Source: Caecitellus pseudoparvulus (Eukaryota > Protista > Bigyra: Bicosoecida). From it: 64,000 nt of DNA. Made by a program: the position numbers and the translations under genes. The notes under the pieces are model-generated. The model saw only the letters and a program-made list of their open reading frames with translations. It was not told the origin of the DNA and ran no database searches. How positions within the stretch are numbered: position 1 is the stretch's first letter; each line of letters opens with the position of its first letter. The stretch spans positions 248,001 to 312,000 of the forward strand of contig CBFFRQ010000043.1 in the NCBI GenBank assembly GCA_965644315.1. The letters run 5' to 3'. Shown piece after piece: positions 32,387 to 44,327 of the stretch.

Positions 32387-35300
32387 ATGGCGGCGTCTGC
32401 ACGCCACGCCAGCGGTGTGGCGCCAGCGCAGCGTGCCAGAGCCAGTGCAAGTGTTGCAGCAGGCCACCCCCGCCGCTCCACGGGCCACACGCCGGCCTCG
32501 AGACATGAAGATAGTGCGCTGAGTGTTCACGATTTCCTCGCCATGTCCCTGCGCCACGATAGTGAACGAGACGCGTCCAGTGCTTCGCTGGTGCTGCCCA
32601 CGCGTTTCGACCACGTTTCGAGTGCAACGGCAGTGAAAGCAGACGGCTGGATTTCTGCAGTCTCCCCTGCAAGCGAGCACTCGGAAGGGTTCAGTCTCCA
32701 GGATGACTCCCTTGACGAGGCTGCCTTTTCCCGCTCACACGTAGGGCCAGTGCTCACAGTGTCGCAACTGCTAGGCGGCACGGCAGCGCCGGCGAGCGTT
32801 GGCTCCGCCTCCACCCTCTCGGGCACCACTGAGTCGTCGGATGGAGACCCCGCCCTTGGGCCCTCCATCGGAACCCTGCCCAGCCCCGTGCATGCCAGCC
32901 TGCACTCGGCCTCCACCCTCAGCTCCTCCCACAGCGGCGCCAGTGCGAGCGGCGTCAGCGAGGACTCCCTCGCACGCAGCGACAGCCACGACAGCGACAG
33001 CCACACCAGCGACAGCGGTCGATCCACACCGCCGCTGGCACTGGGCCCGCTGCAGGGCACGGTGCTTCACCCAGAGGGCTGGATCCTGCCGCAGCCGCCA
33101 GCCCCTGCCACCCCCCCCTCAGCCCCCTCCACTGCCGCCGCCTCCCCCGCCTCACCAGCGCTGAACTTGACCCGCCCTGCCCCCGCCGTGTCCAGCACGG
33201 CGGCCGTGGCCATGGGCGTCCTGGCATCCGCTGTGGCGGGGCTACCCGTCTCCCCCGCCTCCCTCGAGAGCGGGTCCACTCCCACTGCCCGCGATTCGCG
33301 AGGAGGTGCCAGCCCACCACCCCCCCTCCCGGCTGACAGCTCCCCCAGGTCCCCGCCCCATGGCCAGACACCACCCAGCCCCCCCACCAGCACCGCCACG
33401 CCCTCCACACCACCCCCCGCGACACTCCCCGCCGCCATCCCTGCCGTCTCACCTGCCGTTGCCAGCCGCGGCGTGGCCACTGGGGGGGGGGACACCACCC
33501 CCCTCCGAGCTGCACTGCAGGCAGCTGCGGCCGCGCCGCCCCCTCACCCTCGCTCGGCGCCCCCCTCCCCAGCCCTGTCCGCCACTGACGCAGTGACACA
33601 CCCACACACCCTCTTCAGCCACCCGCACGCCACACCCCCTCCCGACCTACCCTTCCTCGTCGCAGAGCTGGCTGCTGCGCGGCAGGTGGCGGCGGAGGCC
33701 GTGGGCACTGTCAACGCGCTGCGGGGGCAGCTGGCTACGGCGCAGACTGAGGTGGGCACGCTGCGTGAGGCGGCGGCGCGCTCCATGACGGCAGCAGAGG
33801 TGCAGCGCCTGCTGGCCACTCTGGCCTCACCACCCCCCACAAAGCCGCCCTCACCACCGCCCACAAAGCCGCCCTCGCCGCCCCCTACCGCCCGCGTGGA
33901 ACTTGAGGCGCGTCTGAGGTACCTGGAAGGGTTCGTCCAAGGCTCCACCTCACGGACGCCGGGTGCGCACTCGGAACACGGAACACCCACCCACGTGGCA
34001 CGTGAAGCCCTTCCACCCTCCCCATCCACACGCTCCACCACCTCCAATCAGCAATCGCTCACTGCAGACCATCGAGTGAAGCTTGCAGGGGTTCGACGAA
34101 ATGGTGCGTCGTCAGTGGCGGGTGGCAAGGGCAGCAGCAGTGCTGGTGGTGGTGGTGGTGGTGGTGGTGGTGGTGGGCCTGTGCCGCCACGGGCATCGCC
34201 TCCGTCGCCTGGCGGTGTGTCGTCAGTGGCGGGTGGCAAGGGCAGCAGCAGTGCTGCTGCTGCTGGTGGTGGTGGTGGTGGTGGTGGTGGTGGGCCTGTG
34301 CCGCCACGGGCATCGCCTCCGTCGTCTGGCGGTGTGTCGTCAGTGGCGGGTGGCAAGGGCAGCAGCAGTGCTGCTGCTGCTGGTGGGCCTGTGCCGCCAC
34401 GGGCATCGCCTCCGTCGCCTGGCGGTGTGTCGTCAGTGGCGGGTGGCAAGGGCAGCAGCAGTGCTGGTGGTGGTGGTGGTGGTGGTGGTGGTGGTGGTGG
34501 TGGTGGTGGGCCTGTGCCGCCACGGGCATCGCCTCCGTCGCCTGGCGGTGTGTCGTCAGTGGCGGGTGGCAAGGGCAGCAGCAGTGCTGGTGGTGGTGGT
34601 GGTGGTGGTGGTGGTGGGCCTGTGCCGCCACGGGCATCGCCTCCGTCGCCTGGCGGTGTGTCGTCAGTGGCGGGTGGCAAGGGCAGCAGCAGTGCTGGTG
34701 GTGGTGGTGGTGGTGGTGGTGGTGGTGGTGGTGGTGGGCCTGTGCCACCACGGGCATCGCCTCCGTCGCCTGGCGGTGTGTCGTCAGTGGCGGGTGGCAA
34801 GGGCAGCAGCAGTGCTGGTGGTGGTGGTGGTGGTGGTGGTGGTGGGCCTGTGCCGCCACGGGCATCGCCTCCGTCGCCTGGCGGTGTGTCGTCAGTGGCG
34901 GGTGGCAAGGGCAGCAGCAGTGCTGCTGCTGGTGGTGGTGGTGGTGGTGGTGGTGGGCCTGTGCCGCCACGGGCATCGCCTCCGTCGTCTGGCGGTGTGT
35001 CGTCAGTGGCGGGTGGCAAGGGCAGCAGCAGTGCTGGTGGTGGTGGTGGTGGGCCTGTGCCGCCACGGGCATCGCCTCCGTCGCCTGGCGGTGTGTCGTC
35101 AGTGGCGGGTGGCAAGGGCAGCAGCAGTGCTGGTGGTGGTGGTGGTGGTGGTGGTGGTGGTGGGCCTGTGCCGCCACGGGCATCGCCTCCGTCGTCTGGC
35201 GGTGTGTCGTCAGTGGCGGGTGGCAAGGGCAGCAGCAGTTCAAGTGACGCACCTTCCACACAGGGGGCTCCCTCCCCTCCTCCACGCAGGGCTCCCCCCG

Positions 35301-36529
35301 TCGTACCAGCCGCCTCGGCAGGCCCCCCTGACCTATCAAGGAGCCGTGTTGGACGAGCTGTCAGTCCAGGCGTGCAGAGAGTGCGGCGGGATGTTGCCCG
35401 CGGAGCAGGACACATGCAGCTGGGGGCACGGCGACTGCCCGGTACGCACAGGTTCGCAGCGGCTCTGGCGGCTGCTGCGCCACTGCGCAGGCGGCGCGGG
35501 GGGGGGCGCTCTCCCGCTCCACGCACGCCCCGGGGCAGGGGAGCATGGGCCCATGCCCCTGACACGCCTGTGGCGGCATCGGAGACTTTGCTCCAGCAGG
35601 CGTGGGCATACGAGAGCAGTGCGTCCATGTGGACCGTATCCCTGGGCGGTGGACCGGCATCCCTCCCCCTGCAAGACTCCTGGCAGCCAGTGGGGGCAGC
35701 TGGGGACTCTGTGGCCTCGCTGCAGTCCCCCCCTGCACACCAACACGCAGTGGATGCGGCGCAGGTGGCAGAGCTAGCCGCAGCGGCACGCGCCAAGCGA
35801 GACGCCATCAACGCCCTGCGAGCCAAGCGCGTGGCCCTGGCGGAGGCGGCGACGGGGTCTGTCAGCCCCCACAGTGCGCAGTGGGAGCCGGGTACGCCCC
35901 CCTCCTCGGGGCCCGTGTCCCCCCTGCATGTGCCGCCCTCCGTGCACCTGCCCCGCCTGGCCTCCCAGGCGCCGCCCACCCACCACAGCAGGTCGCCTGC
36001 CCCCCCCCCTTCCCCACTTGGCACCCCCTTGAGTGAGAGGCCCGCGCCCCAGCAGCCCCCCCCTTCACCCCATGACACGTCTCCTGACGCACCCTCGCCC
36101 CGGGTCTGGCTGCACTTTGGCCGCTCGTCTCCCGTGGGAGACACCAGAGGACCCCCCCCCGCCCCCCTGCAGCGGCACCCAGCCTCACCTGACTCGGACG
36201 TCTCCGATGTGCATTTGTTCTCACCGTACTCGGCCCTGGTTCGGTCGGGCCGTTACGGCACACCCCTGTCCCACCACCCCACAGGCGCAGATGCCAGCGA
36301 CAGCGACTCGCCACTGCCCCACACCTCCCCCCCACATGGCGGCGCCCCAGTCCACGCAAGTGTGCAGCCGGGCGACACCAGTAGCCCGGGGTCTGTGCGT
36401 GTGACAGTGGGCAGGGTCCCGCACCAAGCAGCGCAGCCCACGCCACGCCAGGCTCTGGCGGCCGATCTTTCATCGCTGCGTCAACGCGCGTCAGCCCTCC
36501 TCGCCCGTGCACGTGGCCCACCCACATAA
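32387..36529 (+). CDS. Large low-complexity Ser/Pro/Gly-rich protein with coiled coils and internal tandem repeats (start uncertain)
   Basis: 1488-aa open frame; all repeat indels preserve the frame; short coiled-coil segments. Confidence 0.65.
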   Translation: MAASARHASGVAPAQRARASASVAAGHPRRSTGHTPASRHEDSALSVHDFLAMSLRHDSERDASSASLVLPTRFDHVSSATAVKADGWISAVSPASEHSEGFSLQDDSLDEAAFSRSHVGPVLTVSQLLGGTAAPASVGSASTLSGTTESSDGDPALGPSIGTLPSPVHASLHSASTLSSSHSGASASGVSEDSLARSDSHDSDSHTSDSGRSTPPLALGPLQGTVLHPEGWILPQPPAPATPPSAPSTAAASPASPALNLTRPAPAVSSTAAVAMGVLASAVAGLPVSPASLESGSTPTARDSRGGASPPPPLPADSSPRSPPHGQTPPSPPTSTATPSTPPPATLPAAIPAVSPAVASRGVATGGGDTTPLRAALQAAAAAPPPHPRSAPPSPALSATDAVTHPHTLFSHPHATPPPDLPFLVAELAAARQVAAEAVGTVNALRGQLATAQTEVGTLREAAARSMTAAEVQRLLATLASPPPTKPPSPPPTKPPSPPPTARVELEARLRYLEGFVQGSTSRTPGAHSEHGTPTHVAREALPPSPSTRSTTSNQQSLTADHRVKLAGVRRNGASSVAGGKGSSSAGGGGGGGGGGGPVPPRASPPSPGGVSSVAGGKGSSSAAAAGGGGGGGGGGPVPPRASPPSSGGVSSVAGGKGSSSAAAAGGPVPPRASPPSPGGVSSVAGGKGSSSAGGGGGGGGGGGGGGGPVPPRASPPSPGGVSSVAGGKGSSSAGGGGGGGGGGPVPPRASPPSPGGVSSVAGGKGSSSAGGGGGGGGGGGGGGPVPPRASPPSPGGVSSVAGGKGSSSAGGGGGGGGGGPVPPRASPPSPGGVSSVAGGKGSSSAAAGGGGGGGGGPVPPRASPPSSGGVSSVAGGKGSSSAGGGGGGPVPPRASPPSPGGVSSVAGGKGSSSAGGGGGGGGGGGPVPPRASPPSSGGVSSVAGGKGSSSSSDAPSTQGAPSPPPRRAPPVVPAASAGPPDLSRSRVGRAVSPGVQRVRRDVARGAGHMQLGARRLPGTHRFAAALAAAAPLRRRRGGGRSPAPRTPRGRGAWAHAPDTPVAASETLLQQAWAYESSASMWTVSLGGGPASLPLQDSWQPVGAAGDSVASLQSPPAHQHAVDAAQVAELAAAARAKRDAINALRAKRVALAEAATGSVSPHSAQWEPGTPPSSGPVSPLHVPPSVHLPRLASQAPPTHHSRSPAPPPSPLGTPLSERPAPQQPPPSPHDTSPDAPSPRVWLHFGRSSPVGDTRGPPPAPLQRHPASPDSDVSDVHLFSPYSALVRSGRYGTPLSHHPTGADASDSDSPLPHTSPPHGGAPVHASVQPGDTSSPGSVRVTVGRVPHQAAQPTPRQALAADLSSLRQRASALLARARGPPT
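34108..35239 (+). repeat. Coding compound minisatellite: 10 full units plus 1 partial unit, each with a variable (GGT)n/(GCT)n tract
   Basis: TCGTCAGTGGCGGGTGGCAAGGGCAGCAGCAG repeated 11 times; encodes VSSVAGGKGSSS-An-Gn-PVPPRASPPSPGG. Confidence 0.95.
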
Positions 36530-36590
36530 GGCACGGCAACGCAATGCATGCATTGTGCACGCGACAACACTCTCAGACAAGGCGGCGGGG

Positions 36591-37792
36591 TCAGTTGCTG
36601 CTGAGGGGCAGCGCCGGCACGCCCCCTGCGCTGGGGCCATACCCTGTCGTGGCACGCCCCATCACCCCCCGCCGCCGACCAGCTGATGCGATGCCAGCGG
36701 GGCGCTGCCAAGCAGGCCCTGCAGGGGCAGGCGCTGGGGCCGGTGCAGGCGCGGGGGCTGGCGCTGGGGCTGGCGCTGGGGCTGGCGCTGGCGCTGGGGC
36801 CGGTGCTGGCACTGGGATGGGGCGAGGGGCAGGGGCTGGGGCCGGTGCCGGCGCCTCTGCTGACTCGTATGCGACTTGCGTCCGGGGCGCCACGGGAGGC
36901 CGGGGACGGGTGAAGCGGCTGGAGAGGTTCTCCCGCTCGATTTTGATGACTTCCACCCACCTGCGGGCCTCGGCCTCGGTGGGCGCGAAGAGGGAGTACA
37001 CGTACTCCTGCCCCACGCCCGCTGCGGCGACGGTGGCGGTGGTGGCACCCTCGGCTCGGGCAGGGTCGAATGCTCGAGGGTATGGCTGGTTGTGGAATCT
37101 GATGGTGGTGAGGTTGAAGCGCCGGTCTGTGGGGAGGGGGTGCCGCAAAACGTGCCTGCGAGGGCGCGTGCCTGCGGAAATTGCTTGCCTCACTCTTGTG
37201 GCGAGGCGCTGACGGCATGTCGATGCGCGTGATGTACTCCAGCGGAATGCTGGCCTTTTCCTGGAAGGACAGGTTCCCGAAGTTCGATGTGCTGTACTGA
37301 CGGTAGTACCGCAGCTCCCCAGTCCCTCTGCACGTGGCGTTCGGGTCAGCGCGTGTGCTTGCGCGCGCCCTTCTGACACAACGGCTGCGCGCGGGTGCAG
37401 GGCGTCTCACCTGAACAGGACAAAGTACCTGTCGTACCAGGGGCGCTTGATGTACGCATTCGTGCCTTTTTTCTTCAAAGCTCCTGTGGTTCGAGTCGTG
37501 GCAGCTGCGTGCAGCTTCAGTTGCATGCGACAGTTTGCGTTTCACGCACCCTCCATGACAATGTCGAAGGCGCACTCCCGGTACAAGGGGAGGGGCCGCT
37601 TCGAGCTGCAGAGGAGAGAGGCTCTATGTTGCTGACGAGCACCCTTCGCAGCAAGCGCTGCAGCACTCACACAAACGTGTCCATGTCGAGCGGCGTGCCG
37701 TCGTCGTGCACCAGGCGCAGCTGGGCTCGGTGGTGCACCACGCGCTCCTCCACCACATCCTCCCCGGCATCGCCGGCGTGAGGGCGTGACAT
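36591..37792 (-). CDS. PH-domain protein with Pro/Ala-rich tail (~4 introns)
   Basis: Spliced product reads GALKKKGTNAYIKRPWYDRYFVLF...ELRYY...YSLFAPTEAEARRWVEVI. Confidence 0.8.
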
Positions 37793-37996
37793 GGCGCAAG
37801 GGGTGTACTACAGTCCGAAGTACGACGCCTGGTGGTGTAGTGATTCATTGCAGTTTGCGTTTTGCCGTCCAGCTCAGAATAGTGACCTGCGGTTTTGCTA
37901 GCCTGAGCCCAGCTCTGGAGGGTCTCATATCGGAGCCTCCTCGCAAAGGACGGAGCCGAGGCATTCCTACCACACCTTAACATGGTCAGAACTGCA

Positions 37997-40900
37997 TTAC
38001 TCCACTGGGTCGTCCCCCTGCCCGCCGCCCCAGAACAGCGCGCTGAACAGGCCCACCACGCCCTCCTCCTCCTCCTCGTCTTCCTCACTGCTCGAGCCCT
38101 CTCCGGCGGCCTTGCCCCCCTCAGCCAGCGGCACGTGGATGGGAGGGGGCGGGGTCGCCCCCCTGCCCCCATGCTCCTCTGCATCGACCCCCCTTGATGC
38201 ATCTGGCGGAGGGGGCCCTCTCCCCTCCTCCCCAGCTCCTGGCGGGGGGGGGGCCACCTCAGCGGATTCCTTGGCCAGCGGGCTGGCCTGGGCAGGGGGA
38301 GGAGGAGGGGGTGGCGGTGGCGGCGGGGTGTCGCCCCCCCCTGCCGCCTCCCCTGGCTGGGCGCTGCCCCCCCCCTGCTCGTCGGCAGCGCCCCCCTCCA
38401 CGGTGCCGGCACCATCCGCCTCCTCCTCACCCCCTTCCGCAGGCTGGGCGCCACCGTGACCTGGCGCAATCCCAGGTAGCGCCCCCTCCGGCAGCATGTG
38501 CCCCAGCGATGCCAGCAGCTCGGGGCAGTGCTCTGACAGCAGGCCCACCGTGGTGGTCCACAGGTCGCTGCCGTCTGCCGTCAGGGGCGGGGGTGCCAGG
38601 CAGTCTGGGTCGGAGGGGTCCGCCTCCGCCTCCGCCTCCGCCTGCCCTTGCCCCGTGCGCAGCCAGCCCTGGCTGGTGCCCACCAACACCATGTTCTTCA
38701 CGGCCTCCTGGGAACCCTCGGACAGCAGCTGCGGCCAGGGCCCGCCCTGCCCCCCCCCACCGCCCTGCACCAGGCAGATGTCCCGCACCAGCACTGTCAA
38801 GACGCCCTCCCACAGATCAGCCAGGGGCAGGTCGCATGCGCCGTGCCCTGGCAGCGGCGTGCAGCTCACGCCCACGCGCAGGAACGTCCGCACCAGCACT
38901 GCCGTGATCTCCATGCGTAGGTGGGCGGCCTGGGCGGGGGGCAGGGCGGCCCGCTCAGGAGCACAGTCCACCGCCAGCGGCAGCAGTGTGTCCTGCAGCA
39001 CACACTGCCACAGGGAGCTGGCAGCCTCAGAGGGGCTGGCGGGCGTGGGTGGTGCGGAGAGCACCTCTGCCAGAGCCGCCACGGCCCCCGCCACGGCGGA
39101 GGCACGCACAGGCGGGGGCAGGGCCAGGGGACGCGCCTCCCCCTCACCCTCACCCTCCGTCCCAGCCGGCACCTGTGCGTTGGTCCACAGACACGTGAGC
39201 AGGCCCGCCAGCTGTGCGACGAGAAAGGCCCAGGCGCTGTCTGGGAGGCTCCACGGCACATGCCGCACCGCCGCCGAGCCGTCTCCCTGGGGCATGGCGG
39301 GCGGCTCGTGCCAGGCGCTGCCCCGGGCGCCAGGGGCAGCCGTGCCCCATGCCAGCGCCTGGCGCCATGTGTCTCGCAGCGCCGCCACTGCCGCCTCTGA
39401 GCTGGCGTCGGCAGGGGGCAGGTGCTGGGGGGGCAGCAGCCGCGGTAGGGTGGCGACCGCTCGGCACAGTGTGCGCAGGGCAGTGCCCGTCACTGACGCG
39501 TGCAGGTCAGCCAGGGGCTTGCCAAAGGCCTGCTTGGCCAGGCGAGAGTACAGAGAGTGTCCTGCCTGGGCCGTGGGCGGCGGCGGCGGCGCCGTCAGCA
39601 GCGCCACGGCGGCGGCAACCCCTGCCGTGGCGGCCTCGTTGGCCTGTCCCTTGGCTAGGGTGACGACGTGCACGACTGCGGCGGCCCAGGGCCGGACGTC
39701 GCCGCCTGGCCCCGTGAGGGAGGAGGTGAGGCCTTCCAGCACCGCTGGGGCGGCGAAGAAGCTGCCCTGGCACCGGAGCAGGGTGGACCACAGGAGGTGC
39801 CAGGTGGCGGGGCCGGTGGGCACCTGCCGCAGGATGGGCAGGAGGGCAGTGAGGCCGCCCGCCACACGGGGCGCGACGAGGGCCAGGGTGGAGGGCGGCA
39901 GGCCTGCCAGCAGGCGCAGGACGGGCAGGGCTGCGGCGTCCACAAGGGTGAGGGCCTGGGCGTCGCTGCCGGGGGGCAGGGGGCCCTCCGCCTCCCCCGC
40001 GATGAGAAGTCGCATGAGGCTGCGCAGGGCGTTCACGACGCAGCGCTCGTACACGAAGGCGATGTGGTGGGCGGTGCGCAGTGCGAGGGGGCGGCGGGGC
40101 TGGCCGTCACGGGGCGAGGTGCCGCCCCCCTCCCACGGTGAGGCGCCTGGTACGGGGGAGGCCGCCGCGTGTGCCGGCACACTGCCCTTGGCCCCCGCGT
40201 GGATGGTGGCGGCCACCTCCTCCGGGTCGGACGCGATGGTGAGCAGGCGGCCCCAGTGCGCCACTGCGGGCGACCACACCTCCTGGGGGCGGGCCGTGTT
40301 CCACACCACCAGACTGGCCACCAGCTCGCCCCCCAGGGCGCTGCGCTGCGCGTCTGCCGTGGAGGGCGCGTGGCTGCCGCCCAGGGACATGCATGCCTTG
40401 AGCAGGGCGGCGACGCCGTCGGACGGCAGCTTGGCGCTGGGCGCCCGGAACAGGTCGCCCAGCCGGCACCGCCACGCCTCGAAGCGCAGGGAGCGGGCGA
40501 AGAGGTCCTCGGGGCTCCACGCCGCCTCGTCATCCCCCCCCAGCAGCAGGTTCGTGACCATGCCCCACATGCCAGGCTTGGCAGCGGAGGGGGCAGGTGC
40601 TGCGTGGGGGGCGGGGCCCGGGGGGGGTGCCTCGGGCTCACCCTTACCCCCCCCGCCTGCTCCCACAGAGCCCGACCCCACCCCTTGCAGCTTGGCAGCG
40701 GTGGCGACGGAGGCGGGGCGCAGCTGGAAGGGGGGTGGGACGGGGTCCCCCGCCACTGCGGGCGGCGGCGGCGGCGGCGCCTCGGGCAGCACCAGGCGTG
40801 TGTCCTGGTGCAGGACGGAAGGCAGGGCGGATCCATCCGGCCCTGGCGGGTCGTCCATCTGCAGGAAGTCCAGGGGCAGGGCCTGCAGCCCCTGCAGCGC

Positions 40901-43900
40901 GTGCACCACGTCCAGCACGGCCCGCCAGCCCTCTCGCAGCAGTCCGCCACAGGAGCGCGCCAGCAGCAGCACACAGCGCAGGGTGAGCAGGGACCGGTGC
41001 ACGTCCAAGTGGTCTGTGCTGGGCAACGCGTCTGAGTGCTGCACGCGCCAGGCCTCGGCCTTGGGCAGGGCGGGGCGTGGCAGGGCGCTTGAGCTGCTGC
41101 CCACGCTGCTCCGAGCACGCCTGCCCCAGGCAGCGGTGGGGCTGGGGGACCCTCCTCCCCCCGCCACGCCGCCGGACCCGCTGGCCAGTGCATGCATGTC
41201 GAAGGTGTGGGGGGGTGGGGCGGCGGGTGCCCCCCCCTCACCCCCCTCCCACTCCCCTGGGCCGGGGGTGTCCATGGCCGAGCTGTCGTCCACACTGGAC
41301 ACGGTGCTGTCAGCCCGGGCACGCCTGGGCCCACCCCCCGCCCCATCCCTCCGCGGCGCATCCAGGGCCAAGAAGGCCCCCGGCAGTGCCAGCAGGCCAG
41401 GCGCAGGCTGGAAGTCAGCCATGGCGGCGGGCTGTGCCTTGAGCCAGTAGCGTGCCAGGGACGTGACGAGGCCGTTGAGGATGTCCCCCATGCCGTAGTG
41501 GCTGGTGATGGCGGAGACCTGGAAGAACCCCCGCAGCACGCGGCGCAGCACCAGCTGGTCCGCAGAGTGCGCCCACACGTACGTCAGCGCCCCCAGCGCC
41601 GCGTCGGCGATGAGCCCGAACATGTCCCGCTGGTGTTCCGCCGCCTCCGCGGACGCGACGGCTGAAGTGAAGGCGGACACGGCCCCCGCCCGGGCCAGCA
41701 CGCCGTCCCACGCGGAGCCCATGGCCAGCCCGTGGTCCTCTGTGGCGGCGGAGGCGGTGAGGCTGTTCACGTCCATGCGCATGCGGATTTGGCGGTTCTT
41801 GATGGCGTCGTAGATGGCGGCAGTGTACTCGGCAGGCAGGTCGGCGCCGCCGTTCACCCCCTTCAGCTGCTTGTTGAAGCCTGCCAGGGTCATCTTGCGG
41901 GACACCTGGGGGTTGTGCAGGTCCGTGTTGAGCATGATGATGGCGTAGGCCAGGATGAAGGCGGCGTCGGGGTTCTCCAGGGGCCCCGGCGACTGCTCGA
42001 ACAGCGTCTCGGACAGCGCCTCCATGAGGCGGGAGATCTTCTGGCTCTCCCCCGGCAGGCGAAAGTCCTCCAGGAACAGGCGCAGGGCGTCGTCCACACG
42101 CATGCCCTGGAAGTTGAAGCTGGCGATGTACTCCTTGCACACGGCCGTGTTCAACTTGAACTTGTCCTCGGGCGGCTGGGACAAGTAATCCCCCACCAGG
42201 GTCGTGTCCAGCCCCGAGCATGTGCGCAGGAAGGCGGCAATGTCCCGGGCCGACGCCGGCTCCGGCAGCAGCCCCACCTCCTGCACGTACGGCACCCACC
42301 GCGACTTGGACGGGTTGCTGTCCCCGTTGAAGCGTGCCGCCGCCAGCTGCATCTTGCGTTTCAGCTGCTTGCGCTGGCGCAGGGAGGTGGGCCCATCCCC
42401 CTCCCCGCCGGCGGCAGTGGTGGCGGCGGCGGCGGCGGTGGTGGTGGTGGTGGGCCCATGTCCATCGTCCACTGCAGCTGCCGCTGCCACCTGCGCCGCA
42501 CAGCCCTGGTGGATGTTGTCGATGACTGCCAGCACGCCCTCCAGGGCGGTGATGTTCAGGGAGGTGAGGGGGCCGTCCCCCGGCAGCGTATTACGGCACA
42601 GCGCCCCCACCAGCACCTCGAACAAGTTGGTGCACATGACGTCACAGTCGTAGTTCACGTACAGGTCCAGCATGAGGGCGGGCTCCCTGCAAAACTCCAG
42701 CAGGCTCTCCAGGGCCAGCTCCCGGTGCTCAGGGGAGGAGGTGCGGGCGTCGGCCAGGTGCAGGTGCACTGACGTGAAGAACACCTCCAACTGCACCTTC
42801 AAGTGGCTCTTCAGGGCGATGAACAAGTTGAACACCACGCGCAGGGTGAGGGACAGCGTCTGCAGGTCGCTGGTGCGGGAGTTGGCCACCAGGTGCTTGC
42901 ACACGTCCACCTGCGCCGCCTGCACCAGCTCCGGCGCCTGCCCCAGCTCCGCCCCCGCCGTCTCCAGGATGACGTTGATGAGGCGCAGCGCGGCAGTGCA
43001 CCGGGCGCGCTTGGCGGCGGCCGTGTCGGCCCCCTCCGGCAGCGCCTCCTCCTCCTCCTCTGCCCACATGTCGAAGGCGTCGGGGGGGGGCGCACCCTTG
43101 CCGCCGGGCGGCGCCGGCCCCTGCAGGCGCCCCATGTCCGTCATGCGGGCCAGCCACCGCAGGATGCGCACCAGGACAGGCACGCCATAGGGCGCCTGCA
43201 GAGGCCGGCGGTGCTGCAGGATGTCCACCGCCACAGGTGCAGGGGCTGTGGAGGGGGCTGCACCCTCACCGGCGCCAGCCCCCGGCGTGCCGCGCCCCTT
43301 TGCTCCCACCAGCTCCGGCAGTCGGGAGAAGAGCGCCAGGAGGACGTTGGACAGGGTGCTGGTGGCGCCCCGCTGCAGCAGTTGCGACGCGGCGGGCATG
43401 TGGGCGATGCGGTGGCAGGAGCGCACCAGCTGCCACACGTTGGCGTCGGTGAGGAAGCGGCCACAGTCGCCCCGCACGACGTTCTCCGTCACCTCCAGCA
43501 GGCTCAGCAGGGTGGCTTCGTCGTCTGCGGCGCTGCTGCTCTCGAAGCGGCAGTGGTTCACTGCATGTGCGATGCGGTTGGCACCCTCTCGCACGCGGGG
43601 GGACTCCTCCCGCAGGAAACGGTATATGAGGAACTTGTTCACGCTTTGCAGGGCGATGCCAGTGAGGGGGCCGCTGGGACGGGGAGGGGGGGCGTCGCCG
43701 TGGGCGCGTGAGCGAGGTGCCTCGCTATGTAGGTGCAGCGCCAGCTCACCTGGTGTCTGTGGACTCCACCACCTGCAGAAAAGGCTGCAGGAAGAGCACG
43801 ACGTCCACGTCGCCCAGGTCGTCAAAGTGCTGCAGGTGATTCAGCAGCGTCTTGAAGGACCGAATCAACGGCGTCTCGTGCTGCGCGCGGAGGAGGGTGA

Positions 43901-44071
43901 AGGTGCGCAGGCGCTTCCCGTGCCACTTGGCGCAGGACTCACGTGCAGGGGCACCTCCCGTCGGAAGCGCTCATCGGAAGCCCACCGGCGATTCATGCGG
44001 ATTATGGACAACACATTGTGGATCTCCCCCTTCACAGCATTCACCGCATTGGAGGCGAAGGTGGCTGCCAT
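37997..44071 (-). CDS. GBF1: Sec7-domain large ARF-GEF, GBF1/GNOM type (2 short 5' introns)
   Basis: DCB/HUS regions (GPLTGIALQSVNKFL, LYVNYDCD) and Sec7 motifs FRLPGESQKISRLMEA and LAYAIIMLNTDLHNPQV. Confidence 0.95.
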
Positions 44072-44327
44072 GAGCGGCCTCTCGGCGTTTCACTCGAAAC
44101 GCGAGCAAGCCCAGGACGACCGCCGCGGCTCCAGGGCGCGTGGCTGCACTGCCGTGCCAGGCTCAGGAGCACGACTTCATGCATCACATGCCTGGTGCTG
44201 CCGCGCGGCGAGGACGAGGTTGATGCGATTTGGCCGGCGCATGGCGCTGCCTCGCCGGTGCGGGCCCAGCTGCTGCACCAGGCAAGGCAAGTGCAGGGGT
44301 GTGTAACAGGGTTGTGCATTCAGTCAA

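Noticed and set aside
34048-36144. Poly-His/Cys, poly-Val and poly-Pro ORFs (34059-35339, 34083-35777, 34048-36144)
   Set aside because: These are alternative-frame readings of the (GGT)n repeat within the longer + strand ORF.
36720-36856. GGGGCTGGCGCT-type short repeats as a separate element
   Set aside because: They simply encode the (Pro-Ala)n tail of the PH-domain protein.
38496-41450. Long antisense ORFs (also 10013-11893, 23099-25231, 19589-21082)
   Set aside because: Shadow ORFs expected in very GC-rich coding DNA, lying opposite recognisable genes and without domain motifs.
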